64,000 nucleotides of DNA from Octopus sinensis (GCF_006345805.1 NC_043005.1:106330001-106394000); one strand, 5' to 3'; positions 12,733-26,843 are shown, counted from the first letter of the stretch. Numbers and translations: made by a program. The notes: generated by a model from the letters alone, not told the origin.

Positions 12733-12953
12733 TCATTAATGTATCTGTACTCTATCTATGCACAATGAGTAAATAAAGAAATGAGAAATTGTATGGGTCA
12801 TTATAATGAGATGGAATTTTAACAAAAGAAATCCTTACACTTAAATAACATATGGACAGTCATCATCTGTGAATAGTGTTATATTATTTTTGAGTCTATA
12901 TATGTAGTTGTGCACGTTTATGTGTGTTATGTATGTTTCCTTCCTCTCTCTCT

Positions 12954-13001
<48 letters not shown>

Positions 13002-13149
13002 GCATATATATATATAATATATATATATATATGTGTATATATATATATGCATATATATATATATATGTATATTTATAAATACATACATGCATATATACGC
13101 ACGTACTTATTTATAACATGTATCTATCTATCTATCTATCTATACATAT

Positions 13150-13181
<32 letters not shown>

Positions 13182-13352
13182 GCATGAATATACTCAAGTA
13201 AGCTGATATTGATGCATGTTTGCATATGTTTGTGTATAAACAAGGAAATAATTATATTACATACATATATACATTAGTATATGTGTATATATGAATGTGT
13301 CTGTGTGTGTAATACATATACATATCTACATACATACATGCATATGTATGTT

Positions 13353-13400
<48 letters not shown>
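11110..13400. repeat. About 1.14-kb tandem duplication, two copies
   Basis: atgagaaattgtatggg at 11641 and 12781; agctgatattgatgc at 12061 and 13201. Confidence 0.9.
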
Positions 13401-13401
<1 letters not shown>

Positions 13402-14669
13402 GTGTATATATATATATACATATACATCTTCATATATGCATATACATATATGCATGCATATATATGTGTATGTATGTACATATGTATATACAGATATTGT
13501 TCACTCTCACACACAAATATATAGGTGTAAACACATATGTTCATCGTCATTAGACATGCACACCAAACACAAATGTATTTTGTCGACAGTGCGTATCTTT
13601 ACAAACCAATTCCATAGCAAGGGGTGTCAGTGATGCGAGGGGTGGGTGGGGTGGAGGGGGTTGCGAAGGGGGTAGTTCCTGAAGTGTGACAGAGCCAGTT
13701 GATGGTGTTTTTTGGTGTGATTTCAACTGCCACATGGGATGGGGGTCGCGGGTCATTACAGGATAGGGTCTTTTTTTTTTCCGTTTTGTTGTTTTTTTTT
13801 TGTATTTGGTTTCATTTTTTTGAACAACAATGGTGTCAGCTTGAAATTGAAAAATAAAAATAATAAATTAAAATACAAAATACAAAAAGAATTTTAAAAA
13901 AAGGAAAAGAGATAGCCTTAGAATACTGTTAAAATATAAATATAAAAAAAAAGGTAATAGTAAAATAAATATTATCTAAAATAATAATAAAATAATAAAA
14001 CTATATAATAGATTGTCATGGAAGAAAGTACATCTGTCTCCATTACCTGCATGTATTTTACACCTCCTTAACCTTCTGCAGAATTTCTCAATTACGCTTA
14101 TACATTGCGCATTTAACGTATACAACACTGTGCAAGTGATGCTTGTATGTTTGTGTGTTTATTGTTATTTGTTTTTGTTTTGTTTTGTTTTGCATTTGTT
14201 TATAGGTTTGTTTTCTTTGTTATTGTTATTGGTGTTGTTGTTGTTGTTTTTGCTGTTTTCTTTTGTAGTTGTTTTTATCATTGATTGTTTTTTTTTTTTT
14301 TTTTTTTCGTTTTATTTTTGAAATGTGGGACATCTCTTGGAGGAAGAGGAAGAGGAGGAAAAGGAGGTGAAGGAGGGGATGGAAAGTAAAAAGAAAACGA
14401 TATTTTTAATAGTTTGTCAAAAGAAAAAAGAAAAAAAATATTAATAGACAATAATAGCAACAACAACAACAACAGCCACCAGGAAGAATAGTGGTAGTGA
14501 AAGCACCTCAACAGGAATAATGCTGCAAACAATATTGGAGCATTGATTGTTGTACTATATTAACTACAACAAGAAGAACAATACTACAAAACACTAGTAG
14601 AGGCTGACTAATATCAATACTCACTACTACTACTACTATTTCAACTTCTACTACCACTGCTGCTGCTGA

Positions 14670-14711
<42 letters not shown>

Positions 14712-14837
14712 AACTACTTCTACTACTACTACTACATATCAAGAGCAATGAGAACAGCAACTCCAAGGATTTATCAAATGCTAATAATAATGATTAATCT
14801 TAATATTTTTTATATAAAAATAATAATGTATAACATA

Positions 14838-14884
<47 letters not shown>

Positions 14885-15075
14885 CAACATTACTGCTAGA
14901 TAAGATGGAAATTAAGGAATGACATTGTTACCACTAGCTAGTGTTTGTTGTTGCTTACACTACTGCAACAGCAACAACAACAACAAGCTACAATAAAATC
15001 AGTAATAGCAAAAATGATGAAATAGCAATGAAGGTAACAACAAAACAAAGCGACACCAACGTCCACTCAATGATT

Positions 15076-15798
15076 AACTGGAGGTGATTTTTTTAAAAAT
15101 GAGAATATCTGAAATAAACTTATTTGCTCTCACAAACGAGGATAGTAAAATTGAAACAGAGCGCTCTCAAGAATTAAGTAAAAAAATGGGGAAAATAATC
15201 CAGAATCCTTGTCCAATACCGAATCTATCCCAAAATCTAATCAGTTTGTGCCAGTCACAAGGCCAAACATCCCTGAAAGTTTCATCCAAATCCATCCAGT
15301 GATTCTTGAGAAATCTTGTCCACGGACAAGTAAACACGACTGAAAACAATACCTATTTCTTTACTACCCACAAGGGGCTAAACACAGAGAGGACAAACAA
15401 GGACAGACAAAGGGATTAAGTCGATTATATCGACCCCAGTGCATAACTGGTACTTATTTAATCGACACCGAAAGGATGAAAGGTACAGTCGACCTAGGTG
15501 GAATTTGAACTCAGAACGTAGCGGCAGACGAAATACCTATTTCTTTACTACCCACAAGGGGCTAAACACAGAGAGGACAAACAAGGACAGACAAACGGAT
15601 TAAGTTGATTATATTGACCCCAGTACGTAAGTGGTCCTTAATTTATTGACCCCGAAAGGATGAAAGGTACAGTCAACCTAGGTGAAATTTGAACTCAGAA
15701 CGTAACGGCAGATGAAATACGGCTAGGCATTTCACCCGGCGTGCTAACGTTTCTGCCAGCTGGCCAACAATACCGCCACCTTCGCTAAGGTGGAGGTA
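15076..15798 (+). mobile_element. Helentron-associated (HINE/DINE-1-like) non-autonomous element interrupted by a SINE
   Basis: 3' hairpin ccacctt-cgct-aaggtgg at 15776-15793; imperfect subterminal inverted repeat ggaggtgattttt vs aaaacaataccgcc. Confidence 0.55.
15354..15765 (-). mobile_element. SINE family C with its 3' 184 bp tandemly duplicated; 9-bp TSD
   Basis: aacaatacc at 15345-15353 and 15766-15774; tatttctttactacccac at 15354 and 15538. Confidence 0.85.
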
Positions 15799-16009
15799 AT
15801 AATAGCAACTGCAAAAAGAAATTGGTCTTAGCAACAACAATATGGAGGTAGCGACTATAGTACGAACTATAACAGCAACACCACCAACAACAATGTCAGT
15901 CATAGCAAAATTAACATTAGTAGGACTTACAACAAAAATATCGGTAATAGCTTTAACGACAACAAAAGTGATTGTAACTATAACACAAGTAGTCATAGCA
16001 ACAACAACT

Positions 16010-16292
16010 GTTCCGGCGGGGGGGGGGGAACCCCGCTGTACTCTTTCACCACAACTTTCTCTCATTCTTTCTTCCTACTTCTGTCAAAAAGCAGAGGAAC
16101 CATGGTGCAACCCACTATGGTGTGGTAAACTTTCAGACCCACGTCTAGATTGCGAATCCTCTGTACCCCAGGATGGTTCAGCTCTCCATCCATTAAAAGC
16201 CACCCTTTACGGAATGAGGATAACAATGTAGCTTTTGCGCCCGTGCAACCGCCAGTCTATCGCATGTGGTGGGTGGATCTTCAAGTTGCCAC

Positions 16293-16366
<74 letters not shown>
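16010..16366 (+). mobile_element. Retroposon fragment with (GA)n tail, partly similar to SINE family E
   Basis: actctttcaccacaactttctctca is shared with the reverse complement of 43710-43735. Confidence 0.45.
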
Positions 16367-16371
<5 letters not shown>

Positions 16372-16511
16372 CTACTTCGTGAGTGAGACAAGCAGTCAGG
16401 CTGGCAGAAAGTGAAGTACAGGAATGGGTGGAATAGAGATTGAGGAGGAAAGAGTGTGCAGAGAGGTGAAGTGGAAAGGAATGATAAAGATATACACTAG
16501 AGAGAAAGAAT

Positions 16512-17486
16512 AAGAGAGGTGACTTGATAAAATAGTAAAGGCATACAGAGGAAACAAATGAAAAAGGTACATGCATGATATTAAAGTATGGCATATGATA
16601 TTAAAGCAATTGGCATATGAAGAGAAGTAGTGGAAACAGATTTTGGTTGAAATATAAGTTGACTTGCATACATGTATATGTGTGTGTGTGTGTGTGTGTG
16701 TATACAAACAAAGTTTGCTTTTTAGGAAGTGTTGAGATGTATTGAGATATACAGGTATGGAGATAATTTACTCCCAAGTGCAGAATAATGCATGAACAGC
16801 ATGAATAGGATAACATCCTTATGTTGCAGAAAAATTTGTCAGCAACCAGCCATGAGAATCAAACTCACATCTCAGTGATTACTGGTCAAGTGCTTTACCT
16901 TTAAGCTGAGAGAGGTGCCTTGATAGAATAGCAATGGCATATAGAGGAAACAAATGAAAGAGGTACATGAGTGATATCAAAGTATGAACAGAAAAACAAC
17001 TGGCATATGAAGAGAAGTAGTGGGAAAAGATTTCGGTTGAAAATAAAAGTGGACTTACATACATGCATGTGTATGTATGCATGTATGTGTGTGTGTGTGT
17101 GTATACAAACAAAGTTTGCTTTTTAGGAAGTGTTGAGATGTATTGAGATATACAGGTATGGAGATAATTTACTCCCAAGTGCAGAATAATGCATGAACAG
17201 CATGAATAGGATAACATCCTTATGTTGCAGAAAAATTTGTCAGCAACCAGCCATGAGAATCAAACTCACATCTCAGTGATTACTGGTCAAGTGCTTTACC
17301 TTTAAGCTGAGAGAGGTGCCTTGATAGAATAGCAATGGCATATAGAGGAAACAAATGAAAGAGGTACATGAGTGATATCAAAGTATGAACAGAAAAACAA
17401 CTGGCATATGAAGAGAAGTAGTGGGAAAAGATTTCGGTTGAAAATAAAAGTGGACTTACATACATGCATGTGTATGTATGCATGTA

Positions 17487-17500
<14 letters not shown>
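16512..17500. repeat. 401-bp tandem duplication plus an older diverged partial copy
   Basis: tatacaaacaaagtttgc at 16701 and 17102; agagaggtg(a/c)cttgata near 16513, 16910 and 17311. Confidence 0.9.
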
Positions 17501-17518
<18 letters not shown>

Positions 17519-17614
17519 GATAGATAGATAGATAGACAGATAGACAGATAAATAGATATAGATATATATATATATATTTATACATATATATATATATATA
17601 TATATATAGATATA

Positions 17615-17732
<118 letters not shown>

Positions 17733-18692
17733 TGAAATGAAAGAGTTGAGGAAAGAACGGAAAAGAAGAAATAATGATGCATAAGATTTACTGGGAATAA
17801 TGAAGGAGAGTGAAGGAGTGAGATTGCATGAGTGAAGAAGTAAAGGAATGATTTTTCAAGTGTACAATAGGTAATTGCGAGTCAAACAGAACAAGGAATT
17901 TCCAGTCACAGAGAAATTGCTCCAACTTCAAACTGAAGAGAGAATATAAAGATTATCACAAGAAGTCAATGATTGATGTGCGTTGGAGACAGGGAAGAAC
18001 TAAAGCAAAAGCAATATCAATAAACAAAAGCAAACAGTAGCCAGGGTCAAAGTAAAAAGAATAGGAATGACTGAAAGAAGGCAAAATAAAAGGGGCCAAC
18101 CTTGAAGCAGAAATATTTAAAGGTGAAATAAGCCAGTCACTTTTACCACATATGCACATATACATAAACTCACACACATATACATATATACATATACATA
18201 CACGTACACTCAGACGCACTCACATACACGTTTCCTTGTGGTGTCATCTATCACGTTAGCTTGTCTTATGCTCCAGCAGCTTATGTTGATGACACTGCCA
18301 ACTTGAACAATAGGAATTGTCGGAAGGTGTTGAAATTGTGATGATGTTTGGTTGACAATTGATCAGGAACTGAGCATGTCTGCATCTGTTGGGTGTGTTC
18401 CTTTCCTGTTTTTCCATATGTTCATTTGCTGTCTCCTGTGCAACATTTTTTCAATACATACATACATAATGTGTGTGTATATATATATATATATATATAC
18501 ATACAGCAAGAGAAGACTATATATATACACTCACATATATGTATGTATGTATTAAAAAATGTGTATTAAAATATACATATATATATATATATACATACAT
18601 ATATATATAAATTAATAAATAAATAAAACATATGCATATATACATACATATATGTACGTACCTACCTCTACATGTATATATACATGCATATA

Positions 18693-19237
18693 TGGGTACA
18701 GGACACCAAAAAAACGTCGAACACAATGAGAAACGAAAACATAAACACAAAACCAAGGAAATGGACATTTTTTTAAAACAACGAAAAAATAGAGTACAGG
18801 ACATACAAAACAAGGAAAATTCCCTTTCTTCAGTTGCCTTTATTTCATCTACTCCAAGTTTTGAAGGTCAAGGCGATACATGACTTCAATGAAATTTTCC
18901 TTCCTGCGAAAATCAAATTAAATGAAATTTGAGATTTTTTTGCGGAGGGGTAAAAATGGTAACAAAAACAGGACAGTAACGACAGTACAAAAAATAAACA
19001 GTAAAAGACAGGACAGGGAAAATAACAGTAACTGTCGTTACTGTCCTCTTTTTGTTACCATTTTTACCCCTCCGCAAAAAAATCTCAAATTTCATTTAAT
19101 TTGATTTTCGCGGGAAGGAAAATTTCATTGAAGTCATGTATCGCCTTGACCTTCGAAACTTGGAGTAGATGAAATTAAGGCAACTGAAGAAAGGGAATTT
19201 TCCTTGTTTTGTATGTCCTGTACTCTATTTTTTCGTT
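18693..19237. mobile_element. TA-adjacent element with 207-bp inverted arms (18780-18986 and 19031-19237)
   Basis: Arms are near-perfect reverse complements around a 44-nt loop; terminus tgggtacaggac resembles 29451. Confidence 0.75.
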
Positions 19238-19239
19238 TG

Positions 19240-19450
19240 TAAAGTATCAATAACTGTAGGAGGCTGGAATATCTTTAAGCCCCAAAGCAAAGTGCCAGTT
19301 GTTGAGATGTGATCCTAACAGTGCTAAGGATATGCCTGGAAAGATCAGTCTCATGGAGATCCTTGATGATAGTGGGGCTCATTGGACAATAGTGAGGGCT
19401 CTAGTAGTGTGCAGTTCTTGATTAAGTGGGTGTCTGGTGTGGTGTAATAT
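19240..19450 (-). pseudogene. Possible highly decayed LINE ORF2 C-terminal fragment
   Basis: Frameshifted pieces ETDLSRH and YSSLLQ resemble the E..LPR...LRSGYSSLL region of non-LTR reverse transcriptases. Confidence 0.25.
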
Positions 19451-19867
19451 TGCTTTCATGATATAAAATGTGTTTGTGTATTTGTATAATTGAACAGAGA
19501 CCAGATTGGTATATCTCCATGATCTTTGATATTCCAATCATGACTATCCTGTCTTTTTCAGGCAGTGTAGCCTATATGTTATGTGGAATGTGTCCTTTAT
19601 TTTTAAGCCTTTGTCTATGTATATCTGCGATGTATAACGTCTCTCCCACTTTATTCTGATAACCTTTCACTGTATCACTCGCTATCTTTTACATTCTCTC
19701 TGTCTCCTTTCTCTCTCTCTTGTTTTCTCTCAATTATTTTTGGTTATACATTTAACAGCTACTAATTCTCTCTTTTTTCTAAAAAAATTCTTCTTTTTTG
19801 AAAAATGGGCAAATTTCTTGGGAAGGCAAACTAAACTTAGTTTCTCTCTAACTCACATAAGCTAGTC

Positions 19868-19962
<95 letters not shown>

Positions 19963-19963
19963 C

Positions 19964-20034
<71 letters not shown>

Positions 20035-20035
20035 A

Positions 20036-20081
<46 letters not shown>

Positions 20082-20093
20082 GCCTGTCTATCA

Positions 20094-20132
<39 letters not shown>

Positions 20133-20240
20133 ATTGTTACTTTTTTATATATCTATCTGCCTAACCTACCTACCTACCTACCTACCTATCTACCTACCTA
20201 CCTACCTACCTACCTACCTACTTACCTACCTACCAACCAG
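19868..20240. repeat. (TATC)n and (TACC)n microsatellites
   Basis: Direct reading. Confidence 0.95.
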
Positions 20241-22119
20241 TCTGTCTAGTTAAGTATCTATTTATCTACCCATCTATATATAATATAAGTATCTATATGT
20301 CTATCTACCTACCTATCACTATGTCTCTCTCTCTCTGTCTCTCTCTCTCGCTCTCTCTCTCTCAGTAACAATCCATCCATACATGCAACCCTCCCTCAAT
20401 CCCTTTCCTCCATCTGACCAGCCACTGCCAATTCCCCTCCCCCATCCCCCACCCGTCCTTACCCTCTCTCCCCCTCCCTCTTCCCACCACCACCACCACT
20501 ACTACCAACAAAACTATATATATATATATATTACCATGGAGTCTTTCACAACCATTTCACTAATAACAAATTATTGAAAATCAATGCTAGAAATTTAGAT
20601 GTTAGATTTCTGAAAATCTTAACCAAAGCAGATTAGTCAATCTCTAAGGGAACGTTCTTTGGCCAATGGACTATGATTTATATAGGATTCTACAGAGATA
20701 TTAATGATAATGCATCAAAGAATGGACATTGGGCAGTTCAGTCCTTGCTTAATGAGCATTAATACCAATCTATTCACTGTTATTTGTTGTTGTTGTTGGT
20801 GGTGGTGGTTGTGTTTCTTTTGTGTGTTGGGGTTTCTTACTTTCATTTATTTATTTATTTACATTTTTTTATATCTGGTCAATTTCTATTCTCAATCTCT
20901 CCCTATCTCTCTCTGTCTCTCTTTCTTTCTCTCTCATACACACACACACACACACATACACACATACACACATGCTTTGTGTTTTTTTTCTCTATGTCTC
21001 CTTTATTTTCTCTCTTGTAACCTTTGTTCTCTTTTTCTATTCACCTTCTTCCTTTCTAATTTCTCTCTCTCTCTCTCTATCTATCCATCTCACTCCCCCT
21101 CCTCCTCCTCCTATTTCTATCACCTCCCTCCTTCTCTAGCTCACTCTCATGAAACACTCTCTAATTTTTCTTGCAATTCACCTTAATAGAAAATATTAAC
21201 AAAACTGTTCACCATAATACCTCAATTTTCAATCTAAACCTCAACACACCTCATCAAACTCACACCTACACACTCAAACACACAGAGAAACACATGTACA
21301 TACACACACACATACATACGCATGCACAGACACACACACACACACAGACATGCACATATACATATCAATATACATACACATACACAGATACACATACATA
21401 CATATATATACATACATTTATATACATACATATATATATATATTTACATATGTACACACACACACAGTGGCCACACATGCACACAGAAATAACATACACA
21501 AAAATCACATACTCTCACTGACAAATACTCACAAGGAGCAAATGAAAACGACTACACACACACACACACCACACACACACACACACACACATATATACAT
21601 ACATACAGACATAGATATACATACACACACATACGCATGCATACATACAGACATAGATACACACTCACGCACACACACACACATATATACATACATACAT
21701 ATCGACATAGATATACATACACACACATACATACATACAGACATAGATACACACTCACACACACACACACATATATATACATACATGCATATAGACATAG
21801 ATATACATACACACACACATACACATACATACACACTCACACACACACAAGCACACACGTGAACTGCTATAGAGGGTAGGGCCATAAAGATTAAGGGGTT
21901 AGCACCACTCTGATGTTGGCTGGTTTTCGATCATATCATGATGAAGATACTTATTCCCCGAATTGCTTTCCACTGTTTGATGGTTACCCCAAGGAATTTC
22001 AATGAAGAGATTAAAATCTACACAGCAATGTGCTCATTTCTGCAATTACTTTGTAGTGAACACATTAACCATATAATCCCCAGCTTCACATCCATATATT
22101 CATACATATATATACATAT

Positions 22120-22150
<31 letters not shown>

Positions 22151-22508
22151 TTTATTTGATAGTAATATAAATATACAAATTATGTGTGAGGGACATTATA
22201 CAGAGAAATATAGGCACTCTAATCACTACACTTGCAGTTATAAATACACAAATATAATCACATACATACATATATATATATGTAGCTATATACACTCGCA
22301 TATGTTTGATTGCATTGGTAATTATCACAAATGTCTGTGGAACATGGTTATTAGTGTTTGACTGTGACTAGCTGGAATATAATGTTGCAAAACTTACAGC
22401 ACACATCTATTGTTTTAATCTCTCATTTAGTAATAATATTGGTAATTTCACTTTCAGGAATTACTCAGTGTGTGTGTGTGTGTGCATATGTATATATGCA
22501 TATATATA

Positions 22509-22543
<35 letters not shown>

Positions 22544-22805
22544 GCATGTGTGTGTGTATGTATATATGTGTGTGCATGTGCATTTGTGTGCTTGTACATG
22601 TCTATGAGTGTCAGTGTGTGTATGTGTATGTGTGTACATATATATACCCACACACACGATAAACATTAGTTTCAGCTGGACACCAATTTTCCTTTCGCAA
22701 AGAATTATAAAGTTATTTCTCAGCTTTTTGGGATCTGTTATAACTTACTTATTTTTTCTGTTTTATATATTTCTATTTGTGTGTTTGCTTGCTTGTGTTT
22801 ATGTA

Positions 22806-22836
<31 letters not shown>

Positions 22837-24709
22837 GGGTGGGTGTTTATTGTTTGTTCACTTATTATGCAGAAGAATGGGGTTCATTTTAATGCTACAA
22901 GTAATATTATAGATGGAATCAAGCAACAACCTACAACAGATATGGAACAATGTTGTGGCAGCTGGTTATAGATTGCTGGGAAGCACCTGCTTCTATAAAT
23001 ACACACATACACAAATATATATACACACACATATGTGTGTTGTGTGAGTATATATGAATTTTTGTATGCAAGTTCACATATATTATATATGCTTTCCTTA
23101 GTACCATCACACTCTTGTTCCAAGTATAGCTGTTAAATCTCATGGAAAACAAAGCCAGATGGAATGAAGTGTATTATACTCCCATGGACACGATTTTTTC
23201 CTTTGTATCATAAAACAAATATCCATGTGTTTTTGAAATTTTGAGTGATTAGGATATGTGGATAAAGATTTCTGAAGCCATTATGGCACCAACATCTTAG
23301 AAGCTACCCTTGTTTTCATAATACGAAACTAATTAATTTAAAGAGTTTAAATTTGAATTCAGATATTCTTTTTCATAATTTCATTAAAGAATCTTCTGTC
23401 AGGTTATGTTCAAAAGGACAGATTAATATTGGAGAGATACAGTTGTCCAAATTCTAGACTATTGTAAAAATTATTCAATAATTGTGAAGACTGCAATTTA
23501 TTAGGAATATGATCATGAAAGGGCGATAAGAAATATTGGCAAGAATTGAGATATTTTTGTAATTCCAGACTTACAACTTATTCTGCTCATCTTTTTTGCG
23601 TGTCAAAGACCATGTTATCCAAAGTGTTCTTTTTATTTTTAGTTTAAGAAATAGGATATGATTTGAGAGTGATTTAACTGCTATTTCTAGCAGACTGAAT
23701 GATCTCATAAACGTTCCCTTGTAGTGTGGTACAAACTATTTTTAGAAACTATTTCATCTTCCTTTGGTCATAAGATGCCATTTGAAACTTTAGGCATCTC
23801 CTTTTCTTCGTGGTAAACTAGATTCCTTGGAATCTGCTATTTTACTTTTGTTACTGATGTTGAGCCAATGAAGAAACCTCTACATGGTCATTTAAATTGA
23901 CATGAATATCAGCTAAAGCTCCCTCAGTTACCTTAAATTGTCTCACAGTAGGAAGGACACATTACACAGGATAATCAAAGACAAAGAAAGTCACAGAATA
24001 TCGTGGCTGGAACAACTTTGATCATGGGTCTATTCTGTTGAAAACCCATAGTTACTTGTAGCCGTTGCTGCTTTCTTCTATTTCATACCATAAGAACTAG
24101 TTTAACGTGGATCAGGAACTCTTATCAAGATTACCACATGTTCAAGTATTTCATAACTGTGTTCAACATACATTAATTATACGTTGATGCATGGATAGAA
24201 AATGTATACAATATGATTATTAAACATATTGTTAGTCTCACTATGTTTTGGTAGCTAAAAGAGCAAAGTGTTTAACTACTTTTGTGTTTCATAATACTCG
24301 TCAGGGTTACTTTATCTCTTAACTGTGAAAGTTATGGAGAATATATCTTATCATGAATAATATAATAAACTATTACTGGTTAAAAATTACTTACATAATT
24401 GTATATTATTGATGATTAGGATTTAATTACAAAAGTACCAACTCAGCGTGGTTATGTTTAATTGTGTTGGTAGAAGTCGAACACTGCTTACTAAAAAAAG
24501 GCAGCAAATTAGCAGAGCCTTTAGGATGTTGGACAGAGTACCCTGGGGTATTTATTTTAACTGTCTGCACTGAGAGGCCTACTCTGGTTTTCAATCTTTT
24601 GGAGTTGGTAAAAACATACCAATGTACCGTGGTGGACTAACACAACTGGCAGAGGGCTGGGTGAGAGTCTTTGCAGTATCTGTCCTGGTTTATTATATTC
24701 TGATTATAT

Positions 24710-24856
24710 TCTCATTTCTACAGCTGAATGAACTGGAGCAACGTGAAATAAAGTGTCTTGCTCAAGAACACAACACACAGCCCAGTCTCAGAATTGAACT
24801 CACTACCTCATGATTGTGAGCCCAATGCTCCAACCATTGAGTCATGTGCCTTCACT
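24710..24856 (-). mobile_element. SINE family D
   Basis: Minus strand gtgaaggcacatgactcaatggt...gagttcaattc...cttgagcaagacacttt. Confidence 0.75.
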
Positions 24857-25187
24857 GTGGTATGGTAGCTTGGTGGAATTCTTAGAGCATCAGGTGAGAT
24901 GTCTTGTAGTATTGTTCTAAGCCTTTGAATTTTGAGTTCTTAATCAGCAGACACAACTTGTTGCCCTCATTTGATGCTACCGTTTGCTTTTTGAGTACCT
25001 TTCGTGGAGTTTGTCCTGTTGCAGGCTTTCTAATTAGACAATATCTTGTTTGACAATATCATCCTCTCTTCCTCTCAGCATTCTCAAAGCCCTGGAAAAA
25101 TAAAGAGTCTTAGATGCTAACTTCCCCTTCCTGACTAAATGATAAAAAGTATGCAGAACTCACTTTGTACTGGAATCAAAATCTTGA

Positions 25188-25608
25188 TACTCTTTACTCT
25201 TTTACTCTTTTACTCTTTTACTCTTTTACTTGTTTCAGTCATTTGACTGTGGCCATGCTGGAGCACCGCCTTTAGTCGAGCAAATCGACCCCGGGACTTA
25301 TTCTTTGTAAGCCCAGTACTTATTCTATCGGTCTCTTTTGCCGAACCGCTAAGTGACGGGGACGTAAACACACCAGCATCGGTTGTCAAGCAATGCTAGG
25401 GGGACAAACACAGACACACAAACACACACACACATACATATATACGACAGGCTTCTTTCAGTTTCCGTCTACCAAATCCACTCACAAGGCTTTGGTCGGC
25501 CCAAGGCTATAGCAGAAGACACTTGCCCAAGATGCCATGCAGTGGGACTGAACCCGGAACCATGTGGTTGGTAAACAAGCTACTTACCACACAGCCACTC
25601 CTGCGCCT
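25188..25608 (-). mobile_element. SINE family A, full length and little diverged
   Basis: Complete head aggcgcaggagtggctgtgtgg and (TACTCTTT)n tail; most CpGs retained. Confidence 0.92.
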
Positions 25609-26806
25609 TGTTGTAAAGTACTGAGAATGTTAATACCAAAGTAATCGAAAGTAGGCTCTTCTCTGGCAGTGACATGGCATGGTCTACCACAACTTACTTT
25701 CTAGAACCAATAGAAGTCATTGAGCAGAATTACTAATGAAGCAATTATCTCTCAGCCATCACTAGGGTGTCTGTAGCTCTTCTCCTCATATCAGTTATAA
25801 CGGTTAATATCATTTTCTGTTATACCTCCTTCTTATGGAAATACCTGTTTCTATTAATTAAGTGCTGGAATCACATTTGCAATTAATCATTTCTTAGACA
25901 TTATTAGCTCAATCTAACTTTGTCTTTGCGACTATCTTACACCAGAATTAAAAAGGCATTTAGATGAGTGATTGGCAGAATGAGCAGAATCGTGGGCAAA
26001 AGTATTATATAAAACTTTTACATTCTGAATTCAAACACAATCAGGACTGACTTTGTTTTTATGCACTGACACCAACAAAATTAAAATAAATATTAGTAAA
26101 ATGCTGAGGTCAAAATAATTAACTATGTCACTTGCCAGAAAACTTTAGGCTTTGGGCCTATGATAGAAATCAAATTCTATTGACTCAATAGTACAGTTAA
26201 GGTAAGTCATTTACTTTTAATTGTCTTGAACATTATAAGACAATATATAAGACATAACATAAATTATAAGACATAATATAATTTTATAATTATTAAATTA
26301 TATCATGGTGCTCTAGCTAGGCTGGACATTTTCATGAAGAGGTTTGTATGATTAAAATATAATTCAGTAGCATTAATTTCTATTCCCCATCTACAACTAT
26401 CCCAAGTTTTTTCAGGTTTGAAGCAGTTACTATAATCTATATCATTGCTAACTAAACTTACACTATGTATATTTAATTCTTTTCCAATCACCCTTACCCA
26501 CATTTGTTTCCAAATAATCATTGTTAGTTGAATTAGCAGGAGCTATGGGCACTGTCTGACGTTTCCAAGCTAAAGAATGGAAAAAAATTCTAAATTAAAA
26601 TACAACCAAAATTAACATATAATTAGAAGTGTCTAATTTTGATAAGTAAATACAATTTATATGTTTGGCTACTTGTTTAAGTAATCGCATTCTGTCCCCT
26701 GTTTCTCTCTCTTTCCCTCAGTATCTTTGTGTATGCACATGTGTGTATATATATATAGAGAGAGAGAGATAGATAGATAGACAGACAGACATTCAGATAG
26801 ATAGAT

Positions 26807-26843
<37 letters not shown>

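Noticed and set aside
13638-13672. G-quadruplex-capable G runs (also 5284-5345)
   Set aside because: Low-complexity context with no supporting promoter or functional evidence
18913-19104. Twin 60-aa ORFs on opposite strands
   Set aside because: A trivial consequence of the palindrome
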